A DNA stretch of 58,976 bases, from NCBI GenBank assembly GCA_038061225.1, contig JBBTZT010000003.1:1-58976 (forward strand), read 5' to 3'. The translations under genes were made by a program, and so were the position numbers. Source of the stretch: Patescibacteria group bacterium. Its GTDB lineage: Bacteria; Patescibacteriota; Microgenomatia; UBA8517. Under the pieces are notes generated by a model. It searched no databases. It was not told where the DNA came from and worked only from the letters and a program-made list of their open reading frames with translations. Shown here one piece after another: positions 35,621 through 46,456 of this stretch. Positions within the stretch are counted from its first letter, which is position 1. Every line of letters begins with the position of its first letter.

Positions 35621-38600
35621 TACACTAGATACATTGTTTGACTTAAAAGATTTAGAAGATTTTGGTTCATTAATAATTAGACTGGCTTCTCCTGAAGATA
35701 TTAGAAGATGGAGCAGGGGTGAAGTGTTAAAACCAGAAACAATTAATTATAGAACTCTAAAATCTGAAAAAGATGGTCTTTTTGATGAAAAGATCTTTGG
35801 ACCTACTAAAGATTGGGAATGTTATTGTGGAAAATACAAAAGAATTAGATACAAAGGTGTAATTTGTGATAAATGTGGAGTTGAAGTAACACAATCTCGA
35901 GTAAGGCGTGAAAGGATGGGGCATATTAGTCTTGCTTGCCCTGTTGCTCATATTTGGTTTTTCAAAGGTGCTCCGAGTAAAATCTCTACAATTTTAGGCG
36001 TTCCTCCAAGAGCAATGGAACAAGTTATTTACTTTGCTAGATATATGGCTCTAAATGTAGATGAAGATAAGAAGAAGGATGCAATCAAACTGTTAGAAAC
36101 TGCTTTAACAGAAGGTGAAAATCAAATAATTACAACCTTTAAAGATAAAAAGAATTTATTAAATCAAGAAGCACAAAAAGCAAGAGAAAAAATTGAAAAC
36201 AAGATTAAAGATAAAGAACAATTATCTCTTGCAATTTCTGAAATTGAACTTGATCAAAGAAAAAAAGAAACAGCAATTTCAGAAGATGAAAAGGTAAATT
36301 TATTAAGAAACTCACGATTATTTGAAAATTTGATAAGCCTTGTAAGAGGATTAAAAACTCTAAGTATATTATCTGAAGAAGAATATGATGAACTTTATAC
36401 TTTCGGGGCAGCAGATTTCTTTGAAGCCAAAATGGGTGCTGAAGCAGTTCTTTCTGTTTTATCTGAAGTTAACTTAGAAAAATTATCAATAGAAATTAGA
36501 AAAGAAGTTGATGAGACAAAAACAACTAGTACAAAATATATAAAGATTGTTAAAAGATTAAAATTAGTTGATGGTTTAAGAAAATCTAAGATTGATCCAG
36601 TTTGGATGATATTAAAAGTACTTCCAGTACTTCCTCCTGATCTTAGACCTATGGTTCAACTATCTGGTGGAAGATTTGCAACCAGTGATTTAAATGATTT
36701 ATATAGAAGAGTTATAAATAGAAATAATAGATTAAAACATCTAATTGGTCTTGGAGCTCCTGAAATAATTTTAAGAAACGAAAAAAGAATGTTACAAGAA
36801 GCAGTTGATTCTTTAATCGATGCATCTCAAAGAAAAGCTACTCGACGTGCTCGTGGTAGACAACCACTTCGTTCTCTTTCTGACATGTTAAAAGGAAAAC
36901 AGGGAAGATTTAGACAAAACCTTCTTGGTAAAAGAGTAGACTATTCAGGTCGTAGTGTGGTTATTGTAGGACCTGACTTAAAACTTAATCAGTGTGGTTT
37001 ACCTAAAGAAATGGCACTTGAAATGTTTAAACCATTTGTACTTCGTGAAATGATTTCAAGGGGTATTGCACCAAACGTAAAATCAGCCAAAAACATGCTT
37101 GATAGAAGGCCACCAGAAATATTTGATATTTTAGAAGAAATAACTAAGGATCATCCAGTGCTTTTAAATCGTGCTCCAACTTTGCATAAACTTTCAATCC
37201 AAGCATTTTATCCAATATTAATAGAAGGAAGTGCTATTAGACTTCATCCTGCAGTTTGTGCTGGATTTAATGCAGATTTTGACGGTGATCAAATGGCAGT
37301 TCATGTTCCTTTATCAAAACAAGCGATTGAAGAAGCAAAAACACTGATGCTTCCTGAACACAATTTATTACGACCTTCAGACGGATCACCTGTTTCTACC
37401 CCTGCTTCTAAAGAAATGGCACTTGGTGTTTATTACTTAACATCAGTTGATACAAAACTAAAAATTAATGAAGGTATTTTTTCAGACAAAGATGAGGCCA
37501 TACTTTCTCATCAAAGTCAAAAAATAGAATTAAGACAGCCAATAATAGTTAGAATTGACGGAAAAATTATTGAGACCACTGTGGGAAGAATTTACTTTAA
37601 TGAGATATTACCTCCTGTTTTTGATTTTATAAATGAAGCTTGTACTTCAACTGTCATCAAGAAATTATTTAGTGTTGCCTACGCCAAGTGTAACTCTGGC
37701 GTTGTTGTTGAAATGATAGACGCAGTTAAGAATTTAGGTTTTTCAGCAGGTACAATTTCAGGAATTTCATTTGGGGTTTTTGATGCCGTATTGCTTCCTG
37801 AAAAAGCAAAAATATTAAAACAAGCAGAAGATAAAGTAACTGAAATTGAAAACAATTTTAATATCGGTCTTATCACTCTTGGTGAAAAGAAAAGGATGGT
37901 TCAAGAAGTTTGGATTGAAGTTTCAGATGATTTGGCAGATAAAACATGGGCTTTAATGACACCTACAAATCCAATCAGAGTTGTCATTGATGCAAAAGTA
38001 GGAAGAGCTTCAAGAGATCAAGTTAAACAATTGTCAGCAATGAGAGGTTTGGTTGTTGATCCACTTGGAAAAATTGTTGAACTTCCTATTAAGTCTAACT
38101 TTAGAGAAGGACTTTCTGTTTTTGAATACGTTACATCCTCTAGAGGATCAAGAAAAGGGTTAACAGATACTGCTATTAAAACAGCAGATGCAGGTTACTT
38201 AACAAGAAGATTAGTCGATGTATCCCACGATCTTATTATTAGACTTATTGATTGTGAAACACTTGATGGAATTACAATTAGAAAGATAGACAGACCAGCA
38301 ATCTTTACAACCAGAATAATTGGTAGATATTTAGTTTCTGATGTAAAAGATAACAAAAACAAAGTAATTGCTGTTAAAGGGGACTTGATAAATGAAGAAT
38401 TGGCAAAGAAGATTGATGAATCAGGTGTGGAAGAAGTAACATTAAGATCTGCTTTGACATGTGCCGCAAGACATGGACTTTGCTCTAAATGTTATGGATG
38501 GGACCTTTCTACTAAAAGTGATGTTGAGGCAGGAACACCTGTTGGTGTAATAGCAGCTCAATCTATTGGAGAACCTGGAACACAACTTACTCTTCGTACA

Positions 38601-39347
38601 AAACACGCTGCTGGTGTAGCTGGTGCAGGAGTTGATGTTACACAAGGTCTTCCAAGAGTTGAAGAATTGGTTGAGGCAAGAACACCAAAAGTTGTTTCAT
38701 CGATCTCTGAAATTTCTGGTAAAGTTAACGTTTCTGAAACGGAAGAGGGATGGAAAGTAGTTGTTTTGGGAACAGGAAAAACAAAAGAGGAAAGAGAATA
38801 TTTGTTACCAAAAACTTTAGAATTAGCAGTTACTGATAAACAGATAATTGAAGCTGGTACAGCTCTAGCCAATGGTTCACTTGATATAAAAGATATACTT
38901 TTAATTAAAGGATTAAGAGCCGCACAAGAATATCTAGTTACCGAACTTCAAAAAGTATATGAATCACAAGGTATTGGTATTAATGATAAACACTTTGAAG
39001 TAATTGTTAGAAAGATGAGTGATGAGATAAGAGTTGTAACAGCGGGAGATACTCAATTCTTGCCAGGTGAACTTTCAAGTAGAGCTACATTTGAAAATGA
39101 AAATGAAAAAACTTTAGCAGCAGGTGGAGAACCAGCATCAGCTCAACAAATAGTTTTAGGAATAACAAGAAGATCCCTTTATACTGAAAGTTGGTTATCT
39201 GCAGCGTCATTTGAACAAACAACTGATGTTTTAACTGAAAGTTCATTAATGTCAAAGGAAGATAATCTACTAGGTCTTAAAGAAAATGTTATTATAGGTA
39301 GGCTTATTCCTGTTACAGCAGAAAAAGCATTAATCAAAAATAATTAA
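35610..39347 (+). CDS. rpoC: RNA polymerase beta' subunit
   Basis: NADFDGD catalytic motif, Zn-ribbon cysteines, [10 protein letters not shown]. Confidence 0.99.
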   Translation: MLTNTLDTLFDLKDLEDFGSLIIRLASPEDIRRWSRGEVLKPETINYRTLKSEKDGLFDEKIFGPTKDWECYCGKYKRIRYKGVICDKCGVEVTQSRVRRERMGHISLACPVAHIWFFKGAPSKISTILGVPPRAMEQVIYFARYMALNVDEDKKKDAIKLLETALTEGENQIITTFKDKKNLLNQEAQKAREKIENKIKDKEQLSLAISEIELDQRKKETAISEDEKVNLLRNSRLFENLISLVRGLKTLSILSEEEYDELYTFGAADFFEAKMGAEAVLSVLSEVNLEKLSIEIRKEVDETKTTSTKYIKIVKRLKLVDGLRKSKIDPVWMILKVLPVLPPDLRPMVQLSGGRFATSDLNDLYRRVINRNNRLKHLIGLGAPEIILRNEKRMLQEAVDSLIDASQRKATRRARGRQPLRSLSDMLKGKQGRFRQNLLGKRVDYSGRSVVIVGPDLKLNQCGLPKEMALEMFKPFVLREMISRGIAPNVKSAKNMLDRRPPEIFDILEEITKDHPVLLNRAPTLHKLSIQAFYPILIEGSAIRLHPAVCAGFNADFDGDQMAVHVPLSKQAIEEAKTLMLPEHNLLRPSDGSPVSTPASKEMALGVYYLTSVDTKLKINEGIFSDKDEAILSHQSQKIELRQPIIVRIDGKIIETTVGRIYFNEILPPVFDFINEACTSTVIKKLFSVAYAKCNSGVVVEMIDAVKNLGFSAGTISGISFGVFDAVLLPEKAKILKQAEDKVTEIENNFNIGLITLGEKKRMVQEVWIEVSDDLADKTWALMTPTNPIRVVIDAKVGRASRDQVKQLSAMRGLVVDPLGKIVELPIKSNFREGLSVFEYVTSSRGSRKGLTDTAIKTADAGYLTRRLVDVSHDLIIRLIDCETLDGITIRKIDRPAIFTTRIIGRYLVSDVKDNKNKVIAVKGDLINEELAKKIDESGVEEVTLRSALTCAARHGLCSKCYGWDLSTKSDVEAGTPVGVIAAQSIGEPGTQLTLRTKHAAGVAGAGVDVTQGLPRVEELVEARTPKVVSSISEISGKVNVSETEEGWKVVVLGTGKTKEEREYLLPKTLELAVTDKQIIEAGTALANGSLDIKDILLIKGLRAAQEYLVTELQKVYESQGIGINDKHFEVIVRKMSDEIRVVTAGDTQFLPGELSSRATFENENEKTLAAGGEPASAQQIVLGITRRSLYTESWLSAASFEQTTDVLTESSLMSKEDNLLGLKENVIIGRLIPVTAEKALIKNN

Positions 39348-39351
39348 AATT

Positions 39352-39774
39352 ATGCCAACAGCAAATCAATTAGTAAAACATGGTAGAAAATCAAGCAAAA
39401 AGAAGTCAAAAACAACTTCTTTAAAAAGGTGGTTTAATGCCAAAGATCGTGAGTTTGGAGAAAACTCATCTCCATTTAAAAGAGGAGTAGTTTTAACTGT
39501 TAGAACCATGACTCCTAGAAAACCTAATTCAGCTTTAAGAAAAGTTGCCAGAGTTAGACTTTCAAATAAACAAGAAGTAACAGTTTATATTCCAGGAGAA
39601 GGTCATGAGCTTGCAGAACATTCTGTAGTTTTGGTTAGAGGTGGGAGAGTTAAAGACTTAGCTGGAGTTAAATACACAATTGTTAGAGGAAAATTAGATA
39701 CTACTGGAGTTAGTGGTAGAAAAACTGCAAGAAGTAGATATGGAGTTAAGAAAGACCAAGGAGGAAAGAAGTAA
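39352..39774 (+). CDS. rpsL: 30S ribosomal protein uS12
   Basis: [23 protein letters not shown]. Confidence 0.99.
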   Translation: MPTANQLVKHGRKSSKKKSKTTSLKRWFNAKDREFGENSSPFKRGVVLTVRTMTPRKPNSALRKVARVRLSNKQEVTVYIPGEGHELAEHSVVLVRGGRVKDLAGVKYTIVRGKLDTTGVSGRKTARSRYGVKKDQGGKK

Positions 39775-40253
39775 TGCCAAGAAAAGGACCAGCAAGAAAA
39801 AGATTAGTTGAAGTAGATCCTATTTATGAAAGTGTTTTAATTGCAAAACTTATTAATAGGAGTATGTATGATGGCAAAAAATCAGTTTCTCAAAAAGAGA
39901 TTTACAATGCGTTAGAGATTATTGAAAAAAAGACAAAAGAAAATCCAGTAACTATATTTGAAAAGGCAATTGAAAACATTAAACCTGAAATGGAAGTTAG
40001 AGCTAAAAGGGTTGGGGGCGCTGCTTATCAAGTTCCAATGCAAGTAAGAGGAGAAAGAAAAGAATCTTTAGCAATTAGATGGTTAGTAGCAGCTGCAAGG
40101 GCAAAGAGTAATTCAGAATTTCATACATACGCTGAAAAGATTGCACAAGAATTAATGGATGCTGCAAAGGCAGAAGGTGGAGCAGTTAGAAAAAGGCAAG
40201 AAATGGAAAAAATTGCAGAAGCAAACAAAGCGTTTAGTCACTTCAAATGGTAA
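39774..40253 (+). CDS. rpsG: 30S ribosomal protein uS7
   Basis: RVGGAAYQVP, AEANKAFSHFKW. Confidence 0.99.
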   Translation: MPRKGPARKRLVEVDPIYESVLIAKLINRSMYDGKKSVSQKEIYNALEIIEKKTKENPVTIFEKAIENIKPEMEVRAKRVGGAAYQVPMQVRGERKESLAIRWLVAAARAKSNSEFHTYAEKIAQELMDAAKAEGGAVRKRQEMEKIAEANKAFSHFKW

Positions 40254-40262
40254 TATAGGTAT

Positions 40263-42440
40263 ATGGCAGAGGAAAAAGCAAAAAAATCCGCAATGGTTAT
40301 GACGGCTACAAAAGACCGTAATGTTTCTTTGGATAAAATTAGAAACATTGGAATTATTGCTCACATTGATGCTGGTAAAACAACAACAACTGAAAGACTT
40401 TTATTTGAAACAGGTAGAACTTATAAACAAGGCTCTGTTGATGATGGAACAACAGTTACAGACTGGATGGCTCAAGAAAGAGAAAGAGGAATTACAATAG
40501 TTTCGGCCGCAATTACTGCCTTTTGGGATTTTAATCCGTCAGCTGGCGGATCTTCAGTAGAAAAAGGTCATTACAGAATAAATTTAATTGATACTCCAGG
40601 ACACATTGATTTTACGGCAGAAGTTGAGAGGAGTCTCAGGGTCCTCGATGGCGCTTTAATGGTTTTTGATGGAAGAACGGGGGTTGAAAGTCAATCTGAA
40701 ACTGTTTGGAGGCAGGCTGATAAATACAAAGTTCCAAGAATTTGTGTTTTAAATAAACTTAATTTAATTGGGGCTGATTTTGATGGTTCCATTAAATCAA
40801 TTAGAGAAAGGTTGGGGGCTAATGCTTCACCTGTAACTTATCCAATTGGTCAAGAACATGATCATCGTGGAGTTATTGATCTTATCAGGCTGAAAGCCTT
40901 AACTTATAAAGCAATTGAAGATCACCAACTAACAGAGGAAGAAATCCCAACTGATTTATTAGAAACTGCAAAGAAATATAGACAAGAATTAATTGAAAAA
41001 GTATCAGAATTTGATGATGATACATTAACAAAATATTTAGAAGGCGTTGAACCAACTGATGTTGAAATTAAAAGAGCAATTAGAAAAGGAGTTATTTCAG
41101 GAAAATTCTTTCCAATTTTTGGAGGAGACAACAGATCTGCAGAGTCACAATTATTACTTGATGGAGTTGTAGAATATTTACCCTCTCCTATTGATCTTAG
41201 TGCAATTGAAGGAACAAATACTAAAACTGGTGAGATAGAACACAGGGAAAGAAACAGCGAGGCGCCGTTCTCAGGAATTGCTTTTAAAGTTGTTACTGAC
41301 CCCCATGTTGGAAGACTTCTCTACGTTAGAGTTTATTCAGGAGTCTTAAAGACAGGACAAACTGTCTATAACGCCAATAAACAAACATCAGAAAGAATTG
41401 GAAAATTAGTTTTACTTCATGCTGACCAAAGAGAACTTATCGAAGAGGCCTATGCTGGAGAAATTGTTGCTGTTGTTGGTATGAAGGATACTACCACAGG
41501 ACACACTATTTGTGATCCTGCCCACCCAATCCACCTTGAATCAATTACTTTTCCAGAACCAGTTATTTCTCTTGCTATTGAACCTGCAACAAAAGCTGAT
41601 CAAGAAAAAATGGGTCTGGCTTTAAACAAACTTTCAGATGAAGACCCGACCTTTAAAATTAAAAGTAATCCTGAAACTGGACAGACAATTATTGCAGGAA
41701 TGGGTGAATTACAACTTGAGGTTTTAGTAGACAGAATGAAAAGGGAGTTTAACGTGGTTGCCACCACGGGTGCACCACAAGTTGCTTATAAGGAAACAAT
41801 TAAGAGAAATGGTGATGGAGAGGGTAAATATATAAGACAAACTGGTGGTCGTGGACAATATGGACATTGTTTGATTCGTGTTGAGCCAAGAGGTAGAGGC
41901 GAGGGATTTGAATTTAAGAGTGAAATTAAGGGTGGATCAATTCCATCTGAATATATCCCTGCAATTCAAAAAGGTATTGTTGAAAAATTAGAAAATGGAA
42001 TTATGGCAGGTTATCCAATGGTTGATATTAAAGCTATTGTCTATGATGGAAGTTATCATGATATAGATTCTTCAGAAATGTCATTTAAAATTGCAGGATC
42101 TTTAGCTGTTGAGGATGCAATTAGAAAAGCTGATATGTGCCTTCTTGAGCCAATCATGAAAGTTGAAGTATTTACTCCAGCAGAATATATGGGAGACGTC
42201 ATGGGAGACCTTTCCAGTAAAAGAGCACAAATTTCTGGAACTGAAGAAAAGGCTGGGGAAACTGTAGTTCTTGCAACGGCACCACTTGCAGAGCTTTCAG
42301 GTTATGCAACAAAATTAAGATCATTAACACAGGGAAGAGCAAGAGCATTCGTAGAACCATCTCATTATGAAGAAGTTCCAAGTCACATTGCCGCCCAAAT
42401 AGTTGCAAAGGCTGGAAAAGTCGAGATGACAAGAGGATAA
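40263..42440 (+). CDS. fusA: Elongation factor G
   Basis: RNIGIIAHIDAGKTTTTER, QERERGITI, DTPGHIDF; five-domain layout; str operon position. Confidence 0.98.
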   Translation: MAEEKAKKSAMVMTATKDRNVSLDKIRNIGIIAHIDAGKTTTTERLLFETGRTYKQGSVDDGTTVTDWMAQERERGITIVSAAITAFWDFNPSAGGSSVEKGHYRINLIDTPGHIDFTAEVERSLRVLDGALMVFDGRTGVESQSETVWRQADKYKVPRICVLNKLNLIGADFDGSIKSIRERLGANASPVTYPIGQEHDHRGVIDLIRLKALTYKAIEDHQLTEEEIPTDLLETAKKYRQELIEKVSEFDDDTLTKYLEGVEPTDVEIKRAIRKGVISGKFFPIFGGDNRSAESQLLLDGVVEYLPSPIDLSAIEGTNTKTGEIEHRERNSEAPFSGIAFKVVTDPHVGRLLYVRVYSGVLKTGQTVYNANKQTSERIGKLVLLHADQRELIEEAYAGEIVAVVGMKDTTTGHTICDPAHPIHLESITFPEPVISLAIEPATKADQEKMGLALNKLSDEDPTFKIKSNPETGQTIIAGMGELQLEVLVDRMKREFNVVATTGAPQVAYKETIKRNGDGEGKYIRQTGGRGQYGHCLIRVEPRGRGEGFEFKSEIKGGSIPSEYIPAIQKGIVEKLENGIMAGYPMVDIKAIVYDGSYHDIDSSEMSFKIAGSLAVEDAIRKADMCLLEPIMKVEVFTPAEYMGDVMGDLSSKRAQISGTEEKAGETVVLATAPLAELSGYATKLRSLTQGRARAFVEPSHYEEVPSHIAAQIVAKAGKVEMTRG

Positions 42441-42451
42441 AAATTTCCCCG

Positions 42452-42481
42452 TTGACACTTTTTAGTAGTCTCGGTTATAAT
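42452..42481 (+). promoter_or_regulatory. Internal tuf promoter (leaderless geometry)
   Basis: TTGACA(42452)-18-TATAAT(42476), with the ATG 7 nt later. Confidence 0.8.
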
Positions 42482-42488
42482 ACACACT

Positions 42489-43691
42489 ATGGCAGCTGAC
42501 GCAAAAGTAAAATTTGATAGAACAAAACCACATTTAAATATTGGTACTATTGGTCATGTTGATCATGGAAAGACCACATTAACTGCAGCTATCACTACAG
42601 TTCTTGCAAAAAATTTTCCAGGTGGAGTAAATAAAGCTTACGCATTTGATCAAATTGATTCAGCTCCAGAAGAAAAACAAAGAGGAGTGACAATTAATAT
42701 CAGCCACGTTGAATATGAAACGGACAAAAGACATTATGCCCATATAGACGCTCCGGGACACGCAGACTACATTAAAAACATGATTACTGGTGCTGCACAA
42801 ATGGATGGAGCAATTTTAGTTGTCTCAGCTCCAGATGGTCCTATGCCTCAAACAAGAGAACACGTAATATTGGCAAGACAAGTTAATGTCCCATCTTTAA
42901 TTGTTGCTTTAAACAAGTGTGATGCAATGGATGACCCAGAACTTCTAGAACTTGTTGAAGCAGACATTAGAGAGTTATTAACTAAATACCAATTTCCAGG
43001 AGAAACAACTCCTATCGTTAGAGTTTCTGCACTTAAAGCGCTTGAAGGTGATGCAGAAGCAGAAAAAGGAATATTAAAGTTAATGGAAACAGCTGATTCG
43101 TATATTCCAGATCCAGTAAGAGATGTTGAAAAACCATTTTTAATGCCTGTTGAGGATGTTTTCTCAATCTCAGGAAGAGGCACTGTTGTCACAGGCCGCG
43201 TCGAACGCGGTGAAATTAAGGTTAATGAAGAAATTGAAATTGTAGGTATTAAAACTACAATGAAATCAGTTGTTACTGGTCTTGAAATGTTTAGAAAATT
43301 ATTAGATTCTGCAATGGCAGGTGACAATGTTGGAGTATTACTTCGAGGAGTTGACAAAAATCAAGTAGAAAGAGGACAGGTCTTAGCAAAATCAGGAACA
43401 GTTACTCCACATACTGAATTTGAAGCTGAAGTTTATATCTTAAGCAAAGACGAAGGTGGAAGACATACGCCATTCTTTACAGGCTACAAGCCACAATTCT
43501 TTATTAGAACAGCAGATATTACAGGAGATGTAAAACTTGCAGATGGGGTTGAAATGGTTATGCCAGGAGACAATGCAAAAATGACAGTAAAATTAATTGC
43601 TCCTATTGCAATGGAAGATGGATTAAGATTTGCAATTCGTGAAGGTGGCCACACAGTAGGCGCTGGGGTCATTACAAAAGTATTAAAATAA
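42489..43691 (+). CDS. tuf: Elongation factor Tu
   Basis: [38 protein letters not shown]. Confidence 0.99.
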   Translation: MAADAKVKFDRTKPHLNIGTIGHVDHGKTTLTAAITTVLAKNFPGGVNKAYAFDQIDSAPEEKQRGVTINISHVEYETDKRHYAHIDAPGHADYIKNMITGAAQMDGAILVVSAPDGPMPQTREHVILARQVNVPSLIVALNKCDAMDDPELLELVEADIRELLTKYQFPGETTPIVRVSALKALEGDAEAEKGILKLMETADSYIPDPVRDVEKPFLMPVEDVFSISGRGTVVTGRVERGEIKVNEEIEIVGIKTTMKSVVTGLEMFRKLLDSAMAGDNVGVLLRGVDKNQVERGQVLAKSGTVTPHTEFEAEVYILSKDEGGRHTPFFTGYKPQFFIRTADITGDVKLADGVEMVMPGDNAKMTVKLIAPIAMEDGLRFAIREGGHTVGAGVITKVLK

Positions 43692-43704
43692 CTAGCACAC
43701 TTAT

Positions 43705-44007
43705 ATGCAAAGACTTAGAGTTAAGCTAAAAGCTTACGATCATAGAGTAATTGACGAAGCAGCAACTAAAATAATAGATGTAGCTTTAGCGTCTGGCGCC
43801 AAAATATCCGGTCCCACGCCACTTCCAACAGATAGAAGTGTAATGTCAGTTAAAGAATCTCCCTTTACAGATAAAGATGCTCAGGAACATTATGAAGTTC
43901 TAATTCACAAAAGATTAATTGATATTATTGACCCAACCCCAAGAACAGTAGATTCTCTTGGAAACCTTGATCTTCCCGCAGGAGTCTCTATTGAGATCAA
44001 GATGTAG
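43705..44007 (+). CDS. rpsJ: 30S ribosomal protein uS10
   Basis: LRVKLKAYDHR, GPTPLPT, HKRLIDI. Confidence 0.99.
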   Translation: MQRLRVKLKAYDHRVIDEAATKIIDVALASGAKISGPTPLPTDRSVMSVKESPFTDKDAQEHYEVLIHKRLIDIIDPTPRTVDSLGNLDLPAGVSIEIKM

Positions 44008-44014
44008 TTTACCC

Positions 44015-44075
44015 TTGCGTAATACACGTATAGTTTGATATAATTCACCCTTAGAATCATGATGATTAATTCTAA
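44015..44075 (+). promoter_or_regulatory. Internal promoter and leader hairpin before rplC
   Basis: TTGCGT(44015)-18-TATAAT(44039) with extended TG; inverted repeat TTAGAAT...ATTCTAA at 44051-44075. Confidence 0.6.
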
Positions 44076-44077
44076 AT

Positions 44078-44779
44078 ATGAATATATTATTTGGTACAAA
44101 AGGAACAATGTCTCAAACCTTTATAGAAGGGTTTAGGATTCCTGTTACAAAAATTAACCTCGGTCCCTGTACAGTTACCCAGATTAAGAACGAAAAAATA
44201 GATGGTTACTGGGCAATCCAAGTCTCATTAGGAAATAAAAAGATTAAAAATATAACTAAGCCTCTCCAAGGACACTCCAAAAAATCAAACACAACTCCAA
44301 GGTATGTAAAAGAAGTTAGAGTTAAATCTGAACCAAAGTATAAAATTGGTGATATTATAAATGTCGCTGATATATTCAAAAAAGGTGATGTCGTTTCAAT
44401 TACAGCTGTTAGTAAGGGTAAAGGTTTTGCAGGAGGGGTAAAAAGATATGGTTTTAGAGGTGGACCAAAAACTCATGGACAGTCAGATCGTCACAGAGCT
44501 CCTGGATCAATTGGACAAACTACAACACCAGGAAGAGTTTATAAAGGTAAGAGGATGGCAGGTAGAATGGGTGGAGAGCAAGTTACAATAAAAAATCTTC
44601 ACATTATAGAAGTTGATAGTGAAAAAAATGAACTTACAGTTTCAGGCGCAATTCCAGGAAGAACTGGAATTTTCGTGCAAGCACGTAAAATTAAAGCTGG
44701 GACACTTAAAGATTTAGAACATGAAGTAGTTGCAACAATTGTAGAAGAAGAACCAGAGGAGGTAAAAAATGAAAACTAA
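44078..44779 (+). CDS. rplC: 50S ribosomal protein uL3
   Basis: SKGKGFAGGVKR, HRAPGSIG, GKRMAGRMG. Confidence 0.98.
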   Translation: MNILFGTKGTMSQTFIEGFRIPVTKINLGPCTVTQIKNEKIDGYWAIQVSLGNKKIKNITKPLQGHSKKSNTTPRYVKEVRVKSEPKYKIGDIINVADIFKKGDVVSITAVSKGKGFAGGVKRYGFRGGPKTHGQSDRHRAPGSIGQTTTPGRVYKGKRMAGRMGGEQVTIKNLHIIEVDSEKNELTVSGAIPGRTGIFVQARKIKAGTLKDLEHEVVATIVEEEPEEVKNEN

Positions 44780-45413
44780 ATTATACACAGTTAAAGGTGA
44801 AGTTAAGGGAGATATTAATCTTCCTAAAGAATATAATCTTAAAACGTCTAATTCATTACTTTTACAGGCTGTAAGAGTTTTTGAAGATAGAACGCATTTT
44901 GGTCTAGCAAGAGTTAAAACAAGATCAGAAGTTAACAAAACAAGAAAGAAATTATATAAACAAAAAGGTACAGGTGGAGCAAGGCACGGTGCAAAATCAG
45001 CACACATTTTTGTTGGAGGAGGAGTAGCCCATGGACCAAAAGGAGAAAAAAGAAATTTAAATCTTCCTTTAAAAATGAAAAAGAAAGCACTTTATTTATC
45101 CTTAGTCAAAAAATTTAATTTGAAAACTGCAATATTAGTTGAAGGATTAAATAAGGTCTCAAAAACGTCAGAAGCTAATAAAATAATAAAGACACTTAAA
45201 GATAATTTAAAAATAAAATCAAAAGTTGTTGTAGTTTTTTCAAAAGAGAATTATAAATCTGCAAAATATTTTAAAAATATAAAAAATACAACAGTTAATG
45301 ATTTTCCATCCTTAAACGCTTTTAATGTTTTAACATCAAATATGATTTTTATAGATAGTTTTGTATTTGATAAAAGTAATGAAATCCAGCTACGCCGTAA
45401 AAAAACTAAATGA
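44769..45413 (+). CDS. rplD: 50S ribosomal protein uL4
   Basis: QKGTGGARHG, GGGVAHGPK. Confidence 0.97.
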   Translation: MKTKLYTVKGEVKGDINLPKEYNLKTSNSLLLQAVRVFEDRTHFGLARVKTRSEVNKTRKKLYKQKGTGGARHGAKSAHIFVGGGVAHGPKGEKRNLNLPLKMKKKALYLSLVKKFNLKTAILVEGLNKVSKTSEANKIIKTLKDNLKIKSKVVVVFSKENYKSAKYFKNIKNTTVNDFPSLNAFNVLTSNMIFIDSFVFDKSNEIQLRRKKTK

Positions 45414-45700
45414 ATTTAAAACCAATATTTACAGAGAAGAGTATGAATCAAGCCAAAAATGGTAGGTATTCGTTTTGGTTTTTGCCAAAATTTAGTAAAA
45501 ATCAGATAAAAAATATCTTAGAAAAAACACTTGATATCAAAATTGATTCTATTAAAACACAAAATTATAAAAAGATGATAGCAAAAACGATGAGAGGTAC
45601 TATAAAAACCATTTCTGCAAAAAAGAAAGTTTTAATCACTTTAAAATCAGGAAAAATTGATTTTTTTGCAGATGAAGTTAAAAATAACAAATCAAAATGA
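45410..45700 (+). CDS. rplW: 50S ribosomal protein uL23
   Basis: PIFTEKS, KNQIK, KKVLITL; operon position. Confidence 0.92.
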   Translation: MNLKPIFTEKSMNQAKNGRYSFWFLPKFSKNQIKNILEKTLDIKIDSIKTQNYKKMIAKTMRGTIKTISAKKKVLITLKSGKIDFFADEVKNNKSK

Positions 45701-46455
45701 CAAAACTTAAAACATTATTAAAAAAAAGTTCAGGAAGAAGTAAAGGAACAATTACTGTTAGACACCAAGGTGGACGAGCAAAAAGATTTTTAAGAGTAAT
45801 TGATTTCAAGAGAAGTAAAAAAGATATTTGGGCAAAAGTAGAAGCTATTGAATATGATCCAAACAGAAATGCTAAGATTGCAAAATTGCTTTACCCTGAT
45901 GGCACAAGATCATATATAATAGCACCCGTAAGTTTAGAAGAAGGTATGAAGGTTATTGCAAGTAGCGATGCACCTTTAGAAGTTGGTAATTGTTTACCAC
46001 TTGCTAAAATCCCAGTAGGTACAGCAGTTCATAATATCGAAATAAGAAGTGGTAAAGGTGGTCAAATTGCAAGAGGTGCAGGAATAGTAGCTTTTGTCTT
46101 TGGTAAAGATGAAACACATGTCTTAATCAAAATGCCCTCAGGTGAGATTAGAAAATTTGATCCTGCTTGCATGGCAGTAATTGGTCAAGTGGGTAATATT
46201 GATGATAAGAACAAAAATTTAAGAAAAGCTGGAGCTAATAGATGGAGAGGTAAAAGACCAACAGTAAGAGGTGTTGCTATGCATCCTGGGGCTCATCCTC
46301 ACGGTGGTGGAGAAGGCAGAAGTGGAATTGGTTTAAAGTATCCAAAGACACCTTGGGGTAAAAAAGCAGTAGGAAAGACAAGAAGTCCAAAGAAATATTC
46401 TGACAGTGTGATCGTTCAAGGAAGAAAAAGAGGAAAGGCTGGTTTAACAAAATAA
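45697..46455 (+). CDS. rplB: 50S ribosomal protein uL2 (short N-terminus)
   Basis: [24 protein letters not shown]. Confidence 0.99.
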   Translation: MTKLKTLLKKSSGRSKGTITVRHQGGRAKRFLRVIDFKRSKKDIWAKVEAIEYDPNRNAKIAKLLYPDGTRSYIIAPVSLEEGMKVIASSDAPLEVGNCLPLAKIPVGTAVHNIEIRSGKGGQIARGAGIVAFVFGKDETHVLIKMPSGEIRKFDPACMAVIGQVGNIDDKNKNLRKAGANRWRGKRPTVRGVAMHPGAHPHGGGEGRSGIGLKYPKTPWGKKAVGKTRSPKKYSDSVIVQGRKRGKAGLTK

Positions 46456-46456
46456 T

